56,731 bases of DNA from Minisyncoccota bacterium (GCA_035509435.1 DATJLR010000001.1:1-56731); one strand, 5' to 3'. Positions 19,586 through 29,264 are shown, counted from the stretch's first letter. The notes: generated by a model not told the origin, from the letters alone. Made by a program: numbers and translations.

Positions 19586-21064
19586 ATGCTCCAAAAAATA
19601 AAGGACTTTCTGTTCAAAAACACGAGCGCCAAACAGACGGTGGCGAAGAACACATTCTGGCTATCAGTGTCAAATTTTGGCGGCCGGCTCATAAAGGCGG
19701 TGATCATCATCTACGCCGCCCGGGTCCTGGGGACCGACGGCTATGGCGTATTTTCGTACGTCATCACTCTCGCCGGATTCCTGACGCTTTTTATGGATCC
19801 CGGCATCAACGGCATCCTGATCCGGGACGCGGCCAAGGTGGACGATAAAGAGCGGCGCGCCGTTTTTGGGACGATGTTCGTGATAAAGCTCGTACTGCTC
19901 GTGATCGGCGTGGGCGTCATCATTTTCGTCGCGCCGCTCTTTACGACGCTCCCAGGGGCAAAGGTCCTTATCCCGATCGTCGCGCTCGTGCTGGCGTTCG
20001 ATACCCTGCGCGAGTTCTTCTTCTCGCTCATCCGCGCCACGGAGAATATGCAATGGGAAGCGGCTATATTCCTGCTTGCCAACGTCGGCATCGTCGTCTT
20101 CGGCTTTATTTTCCTCGCGTATGCCGCGACCGCACAATCGTTCAGCTGGGGCTACGTGGCGGGCGACGCGCTCGGCACCATTGCGGCGATGATCGCCCTG
20201 CGCAGTTATTTCAAAAAGATATTCTCGCAGTATGATCCGGCGCGCGTCATGCCGATCCTCCGGGCCGCGTGGCCGTTTGCGATCAGCGGCGCGCTCGGGC
20301 TCCTTTTTACGAACAGCGACATCCTGATCATCAGCTGGATGCGTTCCGCATCGGATGTCGGCATCTACTCCGCCGCCATCCGCATCATCCAGACGCTCTA
20401 TCTGGTGCCGGGGATCATCCAATATGCCACGCTTCCCATCATCTCGCGGCTCGCAAAGAATGACAGCGCGCGTTTTCGCACGGCGCTCGAACGCACGCTC
20501 GGCATGGTGTTTCTCATGTCCATCCCCCTTTCGCTCGGCGGCATCGTTCTCGGCACGCAGATCATGGGCTTCATCTTCGGCCCATCGTATGCCGCAGGCG
20601 GCCTCGCATTCAAGATCCTCGCCGCCACGCTCATGTTCGACTTTCCGGCCGCCATCATCATCAACGCGCTCTTCGCATATGAACACCAGAAGAGCCTCGT
20701 CATTTCATCCGCCCTTGGAGGGGTGGTCAACGTCGGCCTCGACCTTACGCTCATTCCGTTCTTCGGGATCACCGGATCTGCGGTTGCGACCCTGATCGCG
20801 CAGGCGATCAACAACGGCTATCTGTGGTGGGCAATGAAGAAAGTGAATCCGTTCACGGTGCTCTCGTCCCTCAAGAGGATATTCATCGGCGGCATCGTGA
20901 TGGCCGCCTGCGCGATCGGCCTCATGGCGCTCGGCACGAACGTGGCATTGAACATCATCCTCTGCACGATCGTCTACTTTGGGGCGCTGCGAGTGATGCG
21001 GGAACCGTTGCTCATAGAGATCAAGCGCATCATCTTCCCTCCGGCCGTCCCCGTGGGCGCGTAG
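19586..21064 (+). CDS. wzx: Wzx flippase
   Basis: KNTFWL, ARVLGTDGYGVFSY, D+ILII...VGIYSAA; ~14 TM. The ORF-track 5' extension is a shadow of the 19022 gene. Confidence 0.9.
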   Translation: MLQKIKDFLFKNTSAKQTVAKNTFWLSVSNFGGRLIKAVIIIYAARVLGTDGYGVFSYVITLAGFLTLFMDPGINGILIRDAAKVDDKERRAVFGTMFVIKLVLLVIGVGVIIFVAPLFTTLPGAKVLIPIVALVLAFDTLREFFFSLIRATENMQWEAAIFLLANVGIVVFGFIFLAYAATAQSFSWGYVAGDALGTIAAMIALRSYFKKIFSQYDPARVMPILRAAWPFAISGALGLLFTNSDILIISWMRSASDVGIYSAAIRIIQTLYLVPGIIQYATLPIISRLAKNDSARFRTALERTLGMVFLMSIPLSLGGIVLGTQIMGFIFGPSYAAGGLAFKILAATLMFDFPAAIIINALFAYEHQKSLVISSALGGVVNVGLDLTLIPFFGITGSAVATLIAQAINNGYLWWAMKKVNPFTVLSSLKRIFIGGIVMAACAIGLMALGTNVALNIILCTIVYFGALRVMREPLLIEIKRIIFPPAVPVGA

Positions 21065-21073
21065 GGAGTATAT

Positions 21074-21102
21074 TTGACATATTATTTATTTTATGCTAAC
21101 AT
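21074..21102 (+). promoter_or_regulatory. Sigma70 promoter for SemiSWEET-gmhB
   Basis: TTGACA-17 nt-TAACAT with TGn extension. Confidence 0.65.
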
Positions 21103-21129
21103 ATAGCCAGCATTTCGGAGGTCAAAATC

Positions 21130-21405
21130 ATGCGGCTCGAGAATCTGGCGGGGTACAGTGCTACCGTCATTGGAACGCTCATGATGCTGCCGCAGGTCAT
21201 GCGCCTCCTGAAAACAAAGAAGGCGCAGGATCTGTCGCTCATCATGGTCTCTTTCTATGTGGCCAACTGCGCGCTATGGCTTATCTACGGATGGCTTATC
21301 AGCGCCCGGCCAGTGGTCGTTTCCAACGGTTTGGGGCTTGTGATCGGCGTCATCCAGGTGACGCTTAAAATCAAATATCAACGGATCTACCAACAGGAAC
21401 GATAG
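21130..21405 (+). CDS. SemiSWEET/PQ-loop sugar transporter
   Basis: 91 aa, three TM, LPQV motif, DLS, LWLIYG, P.VVSN. Confidence 0.88.
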   Translation: MRLENLAGYSATVIGTLMMLPQVMRLLKTKKAQDLSLIMVSFYVANCALWLIYGWLISARPVVVSNGLGLVIGVIQVTLKIKYQRIYQQER

Positions 21406-21414
21406 GAGGCGCTT

Positions 21415-21990
21415 GTGCCGGGAAAAGAAAAAGCTGTCCTTCTTGATTGCGACGGGGTCCTGTTCACGCTCGTAGATCACTGCGGCGAGTACGGCGTGTC
21501 CCCCAGGGTTCAATCGGAGATCGTGGTGATCGACGAATTGGGTGCGCTGCTCGACAAGGCAATCGCCCTCGGATTCAAGATCATCTGCCACACCAACCAG
21601 CCGGATCTTTCAAGGGGAAAGGTTTCCGCGGAATTTATTGAGAAAAAGCACGAGATGCTTCGGGAGAAGTATCCCCAGATCGCGGACATCTTCATCTGCC
21701 CGCATACGGAGACCGACCTCTGCAGCTGCAGAAAACCGAAACCGGGGCTCCTTCGACAGGCCGGAAAGAAGTACGATCTGGATTTCTCGAAGTGCTGGGT
21801 CGTCGGCGATTCGCGCGGAGATATCGAGGCGGGGACGCTTGTCCACGCAAAGACGATCTTCGTTCAAACCAGATACAACTGCGGGTCGCCAGCGATCGAC
21901 ATCGCGACGGTGATCGCAAAAAACACAAAAGGCGCGCTCACGCTGATCATTGCCCTCGAAACGGGCGAAAAGATCACCGACGACGTCTAG
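21415..21990 (+). CDS. HAD-IIIA phosphatase, GmhB-like (divergent copy)
   Basis: LLDCDGVL, HTNQP, CPH..CSCRKP zinc motif, VGDS..D; GTG start. Confidence 0.82.
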   Translation: MPGKEKAVLLDCDGVLFTLVDHCGEYGVSPRVQSEIVVIDELGALLDKAIALGFKIICHTNQPDLSRGKVSAEFIEKKHEMLREKYPQIADIFICPHTETDLCSCRKPKPGLLRQAGKKYDLDFSKCWVVGDSRGDIEAGTLVHAKTIFVQTRYNCGSPAIDIATVIAKNTKGALTLIIALETGEKITDDV

Positions 21991-22014
21991 CATCACGCAG
22001 GGAGACAACGCAGC

Positions 22015-22045
22015 AAGGCATCCGCATTCCGGATGCCTTTCTTTT
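22015..22045. terminator. Terminator between convergent genes
   Basis: AAGGCATCCG-CATTC-CGGATGCCTT followed by TCTTTTT. Confidence 0.7.
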
Positions 22046-22048
22046 TGC

Positions 22049-22861
22049 CTATCGGGAAAAAAGCACTTTTTTGAGGCGCGAGAGCGAGCTGTTCATCGCG
22101 CGGCGAACGGGGCCCGGAAGGCTTGCGTACACGATATAGAGATCGGCGATGGTGATCGCCTTCCAGAAGCCAGGATAATCATGCCGGTAGCGCAGTACGA
22201 TCCGGCGCCCCCATAAGGCATTTTCCTTTTGATGGGCGAACGAAGAGCTGTTTCCCCACATCCGGTAGGCAAGATAATATTCGGGGAAATTATACAGCTT
22301 CCCCTTCTTTCCCAGCTTCAGCCAAAAGTCCCAGTCAGCGAACTGGCGCACCGCTTCGTCGTACATCCCCCCTTCGACGCGCCGGAACATTGCCGTGGAA
22401 TTTGCCACGGGGTTCGCGTAGAGCGCCACGCGGCGGATGGCATCGTTCGTCTCCGGCTTCAGCACTTTTGAGCGCTTCTTGCCCGTCTCATCCATGATGA
22501 TGAAGCCACCGCCACATCCAATGTGGTCAGGATGTTCGTCCAGGAACTTCGTCTGTTTTTCCAGCTTATGAGGATCGATCCACCAGTCATCGTCGTCGAG
22601 GATCGCCACATATGTTCCCGTGGCTTTGGAGAGGGCGAAATTTGAGCTGTTGGCGATCGTGCCTTTGGTGGCGCGATGGAAATAGCGCACCCTTCCGTCG
22701 GCGGCAAACTGCTTCATGACCTCTTCCGTGGCATCATTCTCGCTGTCGTCACTGATGACGATCTCCCAATCGGTGAATGTCTGCGCGAGCACGCTTTTGA
22801 TCGCGCCTCCGATGAACTGCGGGCGGTTATAGGTAACAAGCAATACGGTCACTTTAGGCAT
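22049..22861 (-). CDS. GT2 glycosyltransferase
   Basis: VTVLLVTYNR, ILDDDD, ADWDFW. Confidence 0.9.
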   Translation of the reverse strand: MPKVTVLLVTYNRPQFIGGAIKSVLAQTFTDWEIVISDDSENDATEEVMKQFAADGRVRYFHRATKGTIANSSNFALSKATGTYVAILDDDDWWIDPHKLEKQTKFLDEHPDHIGCGGGFIIMDETGKKRSKVLKPETNDAIRRVALYANPVANSTAMFRRVEGGMYDEAVRQFADWDFWLKLGKKGKLYNFPEYYLAYRMWGNSSSFAHQKENALWGRRIVLRYRHDYPGFWKAITIADLYIVYASLPGPVRRAMNSSLSRLKKVLFSR

Positions 22862-23588
22862 GGGATACTAGTTGAGGGTTAGCTTTTATGTGATCTTCCA
22901 CCTCCTTCCATTTTTCCATCGTGTCTATCCCCTTTGAATAATCGTCGCACTCATAGGAATAGAAATTCTCGCCTGCCGCGACGATCGCGGGAAGCACCTG
23001 TTTCCCGAGGTCGGATGGAACGCCCTCCGGAATATAGCCAAGGATTTTTTTATCCAGAATGAACGCGCCGCGCATGCGATATGCGTTTGGATACCGCTCC
23101 GTATGCGGCTTGCCATGGATCTTCACGAATCTTCCGTCCGCATCCAGCTCCGCGACGTCGGCGTCCGCATAGTCATCGGTCTTCTTCGTCCGCTGCATGC
23201 CGATCGGATCTTTTTTTTGCGCGTATGACTCGGCCATCTTACCGTAGTCCATCAAGCTGAACGTGTCACCGTATATATAATAAAAGAGGCCGTTCAGTCG
23301 CGGCCCGAACTGCCTGATGCCGCCCGCCGATCCGAGCGGTTCCTTCTCCACAAGATACTCTATTTTTACGCCGAACGCGGACCCGTCACCGAAATGGTCC
23401 ATCACCACCTGCGGCAAATAATGGAGCGTAAAAAAGAATTCGCGCACCCCGTATTTTTTGAACCGTTCGACGTGCCACTCGAGCATGGGCTTCCCCGCAA
23501 TGAGGATCATGGGCTTGGGGATGGTGTCGGTCGCGGGGCGAAGACGCGTCCCGAATCCGCCCGCCGAAATGATGGCCTGTTCTATCAT
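22854..23588 (-). CDS. hddC: Sugar-1-phosphate guanylyltransferase, HddC-like
   Basis: AIISAGGFGTRL, PKPM, EPLGSAGG; lies in an operon with hddA/gmhA/gmhB. Confidence 0.75.
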   Translation of the reverse strand: MIEQAIISAGGFGTRLRPATDTIPKPMILIAGKPMLEWHVERFKKYGVREFFFTLHYLPQVVMDHFGDGSAFGVKIEYLVEKEPLGSAGGIRQFGPRLNGLFYYIYGDTFSLMDYGKMAESYAQKKDPIGMQRTKKTDDYADADVAELDADGRFVKIHGKPHTERYPNAYRMRGAFILDKKILGYIPEGVPSDLGKQVLPAIVAAGENFYSYECDDYSKGIDTMEKWKEVEDHIKANPQLVSHA

Positions 23589-23601
23589 GGTCGCGTGGTC
23601 G

Positions 23602-24468
23602 TTATCCTTTTGGATGCTCCCCCCAATCAAAGCCCTTTTGTTTTGGTATGACGCGGCGAAAAGTATAGATGTCTGACGTGGCGATCTCGTTCAGGTGCGC
23701 CGGGATATCCTCATACGCATCCCACATCGCGGAAAGCGTGCGCCCCGTCAATCCCTCCGAAGCATCCGACGCCAGAAATACGCACAACCCGGCGGCTTTT
23801 TCAGGAGAGGCGCCGCCGGATCCCTTCTGCTTCAACGCGCGCTCATAGTTTGCCGCCCCCGCCTTTTCCGGGCCCGCGGCGATAAGGTCGGCGAGGAATT
23901 GCGTGTTGACGGCGCCCGGCGCGATGGCGTTCACGCGAATATGATACGGCGCAAGCTCCATGCCAGCGGTTTCCGTCAAGCGCACGACGCCGCCTTTCGC
24001 AGAAACATAAGAAGTAAAGTTCTCATATGCCCCTTCGCCTCCGCCGGAAAAGTTGATGATAGATCCCTTATTGGCCTGCTTCATCATCGCGCCGAACGCG
24101 CGCATGGAAAGAAAGGTGCCGAAGAGATTGACCTCGAGCGCCTGCAGCCACTGTGCGGGATCCACGTCGGTCACCGGCCCGATCGGACCCGAAACCGCGG
24201 CGGCGTTGACCAATACATCGACCCTTCCCCATGCCTTTCCCGCCTCTCCGGCAACGCGCGCGACCTCGTCCTCGCGGGAAACATCCCCGGCGGAGACAAG
24301 CACCTCGCCGAGCGGCGAGAGTTCGCTTTGCGCGGCAGCGAGCTCTTCCGGCTTGCGCGCCATCAGAATGACGCTCGCGCCTTCGCGAAGGTACGCCCGG
24401 GCGATCTCCTTGCCGATGCCCCGGCTCCCGCCGATCACGACCGCTTTTTTATTTTCCAATACGCCCAT
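23602..24468 (-). CDS. SDR oxidoreductase
   Basis: GGSRGIG, VNAAA, YVSAK, IRVNAIAPG. Confidence 0.88.
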   Translation of the reverse strand: MGVLENKKAVVIGGSRGIGKEIARAYLREGASVILMARKPEELAAAQSELSPLGEVLVSAGDVSREDEVARVAGEAGKAWGRVDVLVNAAAVSGPIGPVTDVDPAQWLQALEVNLFGTFLSMRAFGAMMKQANKGSIINFSGGGEGAYENFTSYVSAKGGVVRLTETAGMELAPYHIRVNAIAPGAVNTQFLADLIAAGPEKAGAANYERALKQKGSGGASPEKAAGLCVFLASDASEGLTGRTLSAMWDAYEDIPAHLNEIATSDIYTFRRVIPKQKGFDWGEHPKG

Positions 24469-25456
24469 GGTTCTTTTTGTATATCGTATCGATGATCTTC
24501 ACCGCTTCGTACGCGTCCTCGCCGCGCGGGATCCGTTCGCGTGCGCCCGCGACCGCGCGCGCGAATGCCGCAAGCTCGCGATGCAGGGAATCATATTTGG
24601 TCTCCTCGCCAAAAACATATTTCTTCTCCGTGGGATGCGCGAATGTCGGGTCGCGCCGTCCCCAGACCAATTGCTCGGGACCGCGATAACGCTTATCGAG
24701 GCCATCGATCACGAGGTATCCCTTGTCGCCATATGCCTCGAACGAGTGCACCCATTCCCAGTTCGTCCAACTCACGTGAATGGAGGCGACGCGGCCTTCT
24801 TTCGTGCGGAGCAGGGCAAAGCCGTTGTCCTCCACGTCGCCGCCCCAGAACATATTCTCCGCGAATCCTTTCACATCCCTGAAGTCCCCCATGAACCATC
24901 GGGCCATGTCGATCATATGGATGCCCTGATCGAAAAGCTCCCCGCCCCCCGCGACCGCTTTTTTAAAACGCCACTCCTTGTTATATCCGGGTCGGCCGCC
25001 GAACCCGTACCGCGCGCGGATGAACAAGATCTTTCCGATGCCTCCGGCCTCGAATATCTCGCGCGCCTTCACATAGCCGGCGTGATAGCGATGATTGAAC
25101 CCCGGCATGTACACGCGCTTGTTCTTTTTTGCGACGGCGACGTTCTTTGCGATCTCGCGCGCGTTCATGCCGCAGGGCTTCTCGCAAAACACATGCTTCC
25201 CGGCCGCGAGCGCCGCATGCGATATCGGCGCAAGGAACTTGTGCGGAGTCGCCACAAGCACCGCATCCACATTTTTGTCCCGGAGGACATCGTTCCAGTC
25301 CGTCGTCACGATGCAGTCGGGAAAGCCGGCGGCGATGGCTTTCGCCGCTTCAATATTCACGTCAGCCACAGCCCAAAGCTTCACGCCGCGGGTCCGCTGT
25401 ATGGCTTCCGCCCAGACCTTTCCGATGCCGCCCGCGCCAACGAGCGCCAGCCGCAT
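24449..25456 (-). CDS. Gfo/Idh/MocA oxidoreductase
   Basis: LVGAGGIG, HVFCEKP, GGGELFDQGIHMID. Confidence 0.9.
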   Translation of the reverse strand: MRLALVGAGGIGKVWAEAIQRTRGVKLWAVADVNIEAAKAIAAGFPDCIVTTDWNDVLRDKNVDAVLVATPHKFLAPISHAALAAGKHVFCEKPCGMNAREIAKNVAVAKKNKRVYMPGFNHRYHAGYVKAREIFEAGGIGKILFIRARYGFGGRPGYNKEWRFKKAVAGGGELFDQGIHMIDMARWFMGDFRDVKGFAENMFWGGDVEDNGFALLRTKEGRVASIHVSWTNWEWVHSFEAYGDKGYLVIDGLDKRYRGPEQLVWGRRDPTFAHPTEKKYVFGEETKYDSLHRELAAFARAVAGARERIPRGEDAYEAVKIIDTIYKKNHGRIGK

Positions 25457-25528
25457 ATCGCCCTTTTTGCGTTGGGATCTCATCGTTGATTATTAGAATA
25501 GCACGAAAATAGGGCCTTTTATAGGATA

Positions 25529-25556
25529 TTGACTTATTATCATAATAATGATAATA
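25529..25556. promoter_or_regulatory. Promoter overlapped by an AT-rich palindromic operator (Fur/PerR-box-like)
   Basis: TTGACT -35 followed by TATTATCAT-AATA-ATGATAATA perfect inverted repeat, between divergent genes. Confidence 0.5.
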
Positions 25557-25603
25557 TATGCCCAGTGCCTTGTGAATGAAATGCGGGGCGCAGAGGAGAT
25601 ATC

Positions 25604-26332
25604 GTGTTCGATATAGTGGCAATTCTGGGTCGCGGCATCCAGCGTGCATTTAAAGGCGGCCCGTGGGTCCTCACCGAGGACCTCGAGCTGTGCGACAAAG
25701 ATTCCGCGCATCTTCCGGTCCATGCGGAAGCGGACGACGACAGTCCCTTTTGCATGATCGGCGGCGGAGAAATGAACCTCCTTGCGGGCTTCTATCTGGC
25801 CTGTAAATTCAAACCGGCAGTGATGGTCTGCGCGCACGGCGGCAGGTCAAAATACCTGGAATCGATCGGCGCGCCATCGGAGAGCGAGGTCATGACGGGC
25901 TATCTCGGCACCCTGCTCTCAACCGTGAAGCATGACCCGATCGGCGAATTCGAAATCGTGATATGGCCCCGGGAACGCCAACTTCCCGTTCCCGCCAACA
26001 CGAGGCAGGAACTGCTGAACATCTTCGACCTGGCGCTCGACCGCGGCCTTTCTCGCATCGCGATCGTGACCGTCGGGGTGCACGTTCCCCGCACCGCGAC
26101 GTACATCGCAAAGCACCTCTCCGTCTACCCGCAGTATCGGGAACTCAACCCCGTGCTGCTCGAGAGCGAAGAGGTCCTGCTCGACACCGACCGCGAGAAA
26201 TATGCGGCCCGTGTCGAAACGATGAGAGCCTCCAAAGCGTTTGCCCGCAACTGGGCGCGCGAGGCGGATGGCATCCAGAAGATCGTCCGCGACGTGTACG
26301 GCGATGCGAAACCGAAGGTCGTCGTCGCCTGA
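25604..26332 (+). CDS. YdcF/DUF218 (ElyC/SanA-like) family protein
   Basis: IVAILGRG, SESEVM, NTRQEL, IAIVTVGVHVPRT; GAGGAG RBS before GTG. Confidence 0.62.
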   Translation: MFDIVAILGRGIQRAFKGGPWVLTEDLELCDKDSAHLPVHAEADDDSPFCMIGGGEMNLLAGFYLACKFKPAVMVCAHGGRSKYLESIGAPSESEVMTGYLGTLLSTVKHDPIGEFEIVIWPRERQLPVPANTRQELLNIFDLALDRGLSRIAIVTVGVHVPRTATYIAKHLSVYPQYRELNPVLLESEEVLLDTDREKYAARVETMRASKAFARNWAREADGIQKIVRDVYGDAKPKVVVA

Positions 26333-26350
26333 TCGACGACATTGCAACCG

Positions 26351-26389
26351 CAGCCAACTCAAAGAATACCTTGGGTTGGCTGTTTTTTT
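26351..26389 (+). terminator. Intrinsic terminator of the YdcF gene
   Basis: CAGCCAACTCAA/TTGGGTTGGCTG stem followed by T7. Confidence 0.8.
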
Positions 26390-26954
26390 ATCCTCTTTCT
26401 CCCTCAATGATCCGCACGGCGTCGCCGAGCGTCGCCGTTACGTGATCGAATTTCGCATCGGGGAAAAATTTGTCGTCATCGCTCTCTCCTCCCGATCTCA
26501 CAAGGATCGTTTTTATATGCGCCCGGCGCCCGGTTTCCATATCGCGAAGACGGTCGCCCACGCACCAGCTGCGCGTCATATCAATATCAAAATCTTTTTG
26601 AGCCTGCTCGATAAGCCCCAGGCCCGGCTTGCGGCACGCGCACTGCCCTTCCGCGCGATACCGGTGCGGACAAGTGTAGACGCCGTCCAAACGCGCGCCC
26701 GCGGCGCCAAGCATGGCACGGAGCGCGTCGTGGATATTTTCCAATCCTTCGGGCGAGAGCAGGCCTTTCTCTACGATCGGCTGGTTGGTAAGCACGATCA
26801 CGAGAAATCCGCGGCGATCGAGCTCCGCGATCGCGGCGGCGGCGCCGGGGAAAAGCTCAAGCTGGGACGGATCAGTAAGCTCGTCAACCTGCTTTACGAT
26901 CGTCCCGTCCCGATCAAGGAAGACCGCCGGTTTTTTTATTTTGTCGATTCCCAT
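26388..26954 (-). CDS. gmhB: D,D-heptose 1,7-bisphosphate phosphatase
   Basis: AVFLDRDGT, LTNQP, CPH..CACRKP, VGDRLRD. Confidence 0.88.
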   Translation of the reverse strand: MGIDKIKKPAVFLDRDGTIVKQVDELTDPSQLELFPGAAAAIAELDRRGFLVIVLTNQPIVEKGLLSPEGLENIHDALRAMLGAAGARLDGVYTCPHRYRAEGQCACRKPGLGLIEQAQKDFDIDMTRSWCVGDRLRDMETGRRAHIKTILVRSGGESDDDKFFPDAKFDHVTATLGDAVRIIEGERG

Positions 26955-27538
26955 TTTCCTTTCTGCGATTGGAACTTGGGATGGGAGACTATCATGTGCC
27001 ACACGACGGCCTGGAACGCCTCGGTGTGGGGCGTCACGTTATCGGGATTCACGACGGGCACGAGCACGCACACATCCGCCACTTCTTTTGTATAGCCTCC
27101 ATCACGGCCGACGACGCCAAGCACTTTCGCGCCGACCTGCTTTGCAAGCTTCAGTGCCTCGACGATGTTCGTGCTGATGCCTTTCTCCGCATTGCCGCCC
27201 CCGACCGAGAACACGAGCACTGCATCCTTCTCGTTCAGATTGCTTCCCAAAAGCCAGTTGGAAAAGACGGTGTGAAAGCCATCGTCATTGGTGCGCGCAG
27301 TGATCTCCGAGACATTGTCCACCGGAGTATATGCTTCGATCGCGGCAAGCTTTCGAAAATCATTGACCGCATGGCTTGCGTGTCCCGCGCCGCCGCCGAC
27401 GCCGAGCACAAAAAGGCGCCCTTTGTCATCGCGAACCCGGCTGAGCACGGTGATCATTTTGTTGATCTCGTCCTGATCGAGCGTCTGCGCGATCTTTTCC
27501 ACCTCTTTTAAATATGAACCGATGTGTTCTTTGTACAT
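26936..27538 (-). CDS. gmhA: Sedoheptulose-7-phosphate isomerase (SIS domain)
   Basis: GVGGGAGHASHAVND, TARTND, FSVGGG, HTEAFQ. Confidence 0.85.
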   Translation of the reverse strand: MYKEHIGSYLKEVEKIAQTLDQDEINKMITVLSRVRDDKGRLFVLGVGGGAGHASHAVNDFRKLAAIEAYTPVDNVSEITARTNDDGFHTVFSNWLLGSNLNEKDAVLVFSVGGGNAEKGISTNIVEALKLAKQVGAKVLGVVGRDGGYTKEVADVCVLVPVVNPDNVTPHTEAFQAVVWHMIVSHPKFQSQKGKWESTK

Positions 27539-27553
27539 GATCTTTAAAATAAT

Positions 27554-28276
27554 TTAATAAAGCGTATAGCCAACCTTTTGCCCGTCGTCGTAGAACATTT
27601 TTACCGTATCGAGCGAAAGCTCGTCAAGGTCATATCCTATTTTTTCGATCTTTTTTAGGACATCCGGCGTGACAGTGATGATGTCCGCTCCCACTTCCTC
27701 CGCCTGATAGATGTTATAAAGCTCGCGGGGGCTTGCCCACAGGAGCTCATATGCGGGCGTCTTCGCAAGCAACGCCTTTGCCTCCTTCATGAGCGGCACA
27801 GGATCAACGCCGGTGTCCGCAATGCGACCGGCAAACACGGAAATGACGGCGGGGACATCCGGGCGCAGGGCACCGATGATGTGGTCCACCTGGGCCACCG
27901 TAAGTATCGCCGTGACGTTCATCTTGATCCCGTCGGCCGCAAGCTTCTTCACGAGATCGAACGACGACTCCCGCTTTGTGTTCGTGATCGGGATCTTCAC
28001 ATATACATTGCTCCCCCACGAGGCGATGACCCGTGCCTGCCGTTCCATCTCGACGAAGTCGTCGGAAAACACCTCGAAGGAAATAGGGCGATCCTTGATG
28101 ACGGTAAGAATATCTTTTGCGAATCCCACATAGTCGGTGATCCCCGCCTTGCGCATAAGCGTGGGATTTGTCGTGAATCCCTTGATGAACGGCTTTTGCG
28201 CCAACTCCACGATGCTCGCTTTTTCTGCGCCATCGGCGAATATCTTGATATGCAATTCTTCGATCTTTTTTGGCAT
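27554..28276 (-). CDS. tal: Transaldolase (short TalC/FSA type)
   Basis: IFADGA, GFTTNPTL, SFEV, VYVKIP (Schiff-base Lys), LLWASPRE. Confidence 0.92.
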   Translation of the reverse strand: MPKKIEELHIKIFADGAEKASIVELAQKPFIKGFTTNPTLMRKAGITDYVGFAKDILTVIKDRPISFEVFSDDFVEMERQARVIASWGSNVYVKIPITNTKRESSFDLVKKLAADGIKMNVTAILTVAQVDHIIGALRPDVPAVISVFAGRIADTGVDPVPLMKEAKALLAKTPAYELLWASPRELYNIYQAEEVGADIITVTPDVLKKIEKIGYDLDELSLDTVKMFYDDGQKVGYTLY

Positions 28277-28277
28277 G

Positions 28278-29264
28278 CTAAAAATCGACAAGCGTCTTCG
28301 ACCCCTCGAAATCAAAGCGGTACCGCATCTCGCGAAGGCCGAAGGGGCGCATCGCATCCCGGAACCTCCGATGGTCCCGCGGCACGTAGAACGTGAAGAA
28401 TCCTCCCCCGCCCGCTCCCGAGATCTTTCCGCCAAGCGCGCCGTTCGCAAGGGCCGCGTCGTAGATCTTGTCGAACTCAGGATTGGTCATTTGGGCGGAG
28501 ATCTTTTTCTTGTGCTCCCAGTGCGCGTGGAACTTCTTTCCGACCTCGTCCAGGTCGCCCTCTTCAACGGCCTGCAATATCTCGTATCCCAATTCTTTTA
28601 TATAGTGCATGCTTTCCGTCACCTGCTTGTCGTCGCGCGCGACCGCCTTCGTCTGTTCCGTAAGAATAGCATCGGCGCTCCGGGTCTGGCCGGTAAAGAA
28701 CACGAGAAGATTCTGATTGAGTTCGTCGGCGATCTCCATGGAGACATTCGCCTTGCGCACTTTGACCGCACCATCTTTGCCGATCTCAAGCACCGTCAGC
28801 CCCCCGAACGCGGCGAGGTACGGATCCTGCTTTCCGATCGGACGCTGCATCACTTCCGCCTCTATCCGGAAATCCTCCTCCGCCAAATGCTCAAGCGATG
28901 TATATTCCCGCTTTAACGTGTGGATGGCGTGAAGGAGCCCCACCGCATAACAGCTGGAGGAGCCGAGCCCCGTGCCGGCGGGAATGTCGGCAAGGGAGCT
29001 TATCTCTATATTATTTTCTATCCCCATCGCCAGAAGGATCTCTTTTGCAAGCTTGTGCCTGACCTCCGCCACCGTGTTCACCGTCTCCGATTCCGAATAT
29101 TTCAACCGGATAAGATCGTCCGCTGCAGGCCGGTTGACGTCCATATACATATACTTGTTTATTCCGGCGGAGAATATGAACCCTCCGTACTTTGAATAGT
29201 ATGAAGGGAGGTCCGTTCCCCCGCCGCCCAGCGTTATTCTGAATGGAGTGCGCGTGACTATCAT
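28278..29264 (-). CDS. hddA: D-glycero-alpha-D-manno-heptose-7-phosphate kinase (GHMP)
   Basis: RTPFRITLGGGGTDLP, PAGTGLGSSS, GKQD, GGKISGAGGGG. Confidence 0.88.
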   Translation of the reverse strand: MIVTRTPFRITLGGGGTDLPSYYSKYGGFIFSAGINKYMYMDVNRPAADDLIRLKYSESETVNTVAEVRHKLAKEILLAMGIENNIEISSLADIPAGTGLGSSSCYAVGLLHAIHTLKREYTSLEHLAEEDFRIEAEVMQRPIGKQDPYLAAFGGLTVLEIGKDGAVKVRKANVSMEIADELNQNLLVFFTGQTRSADAILTEQTKAVARDDKQVTESMHYIKELGYEILQAVEEGDLDEVGKKFHAHWEHKKKISAQMTNPEFDKIYDAALANGALGGKISGAGGGGFFTFYVPRDHRRFRDAMRPFGLREMRYRFDFEGSKTLVDF

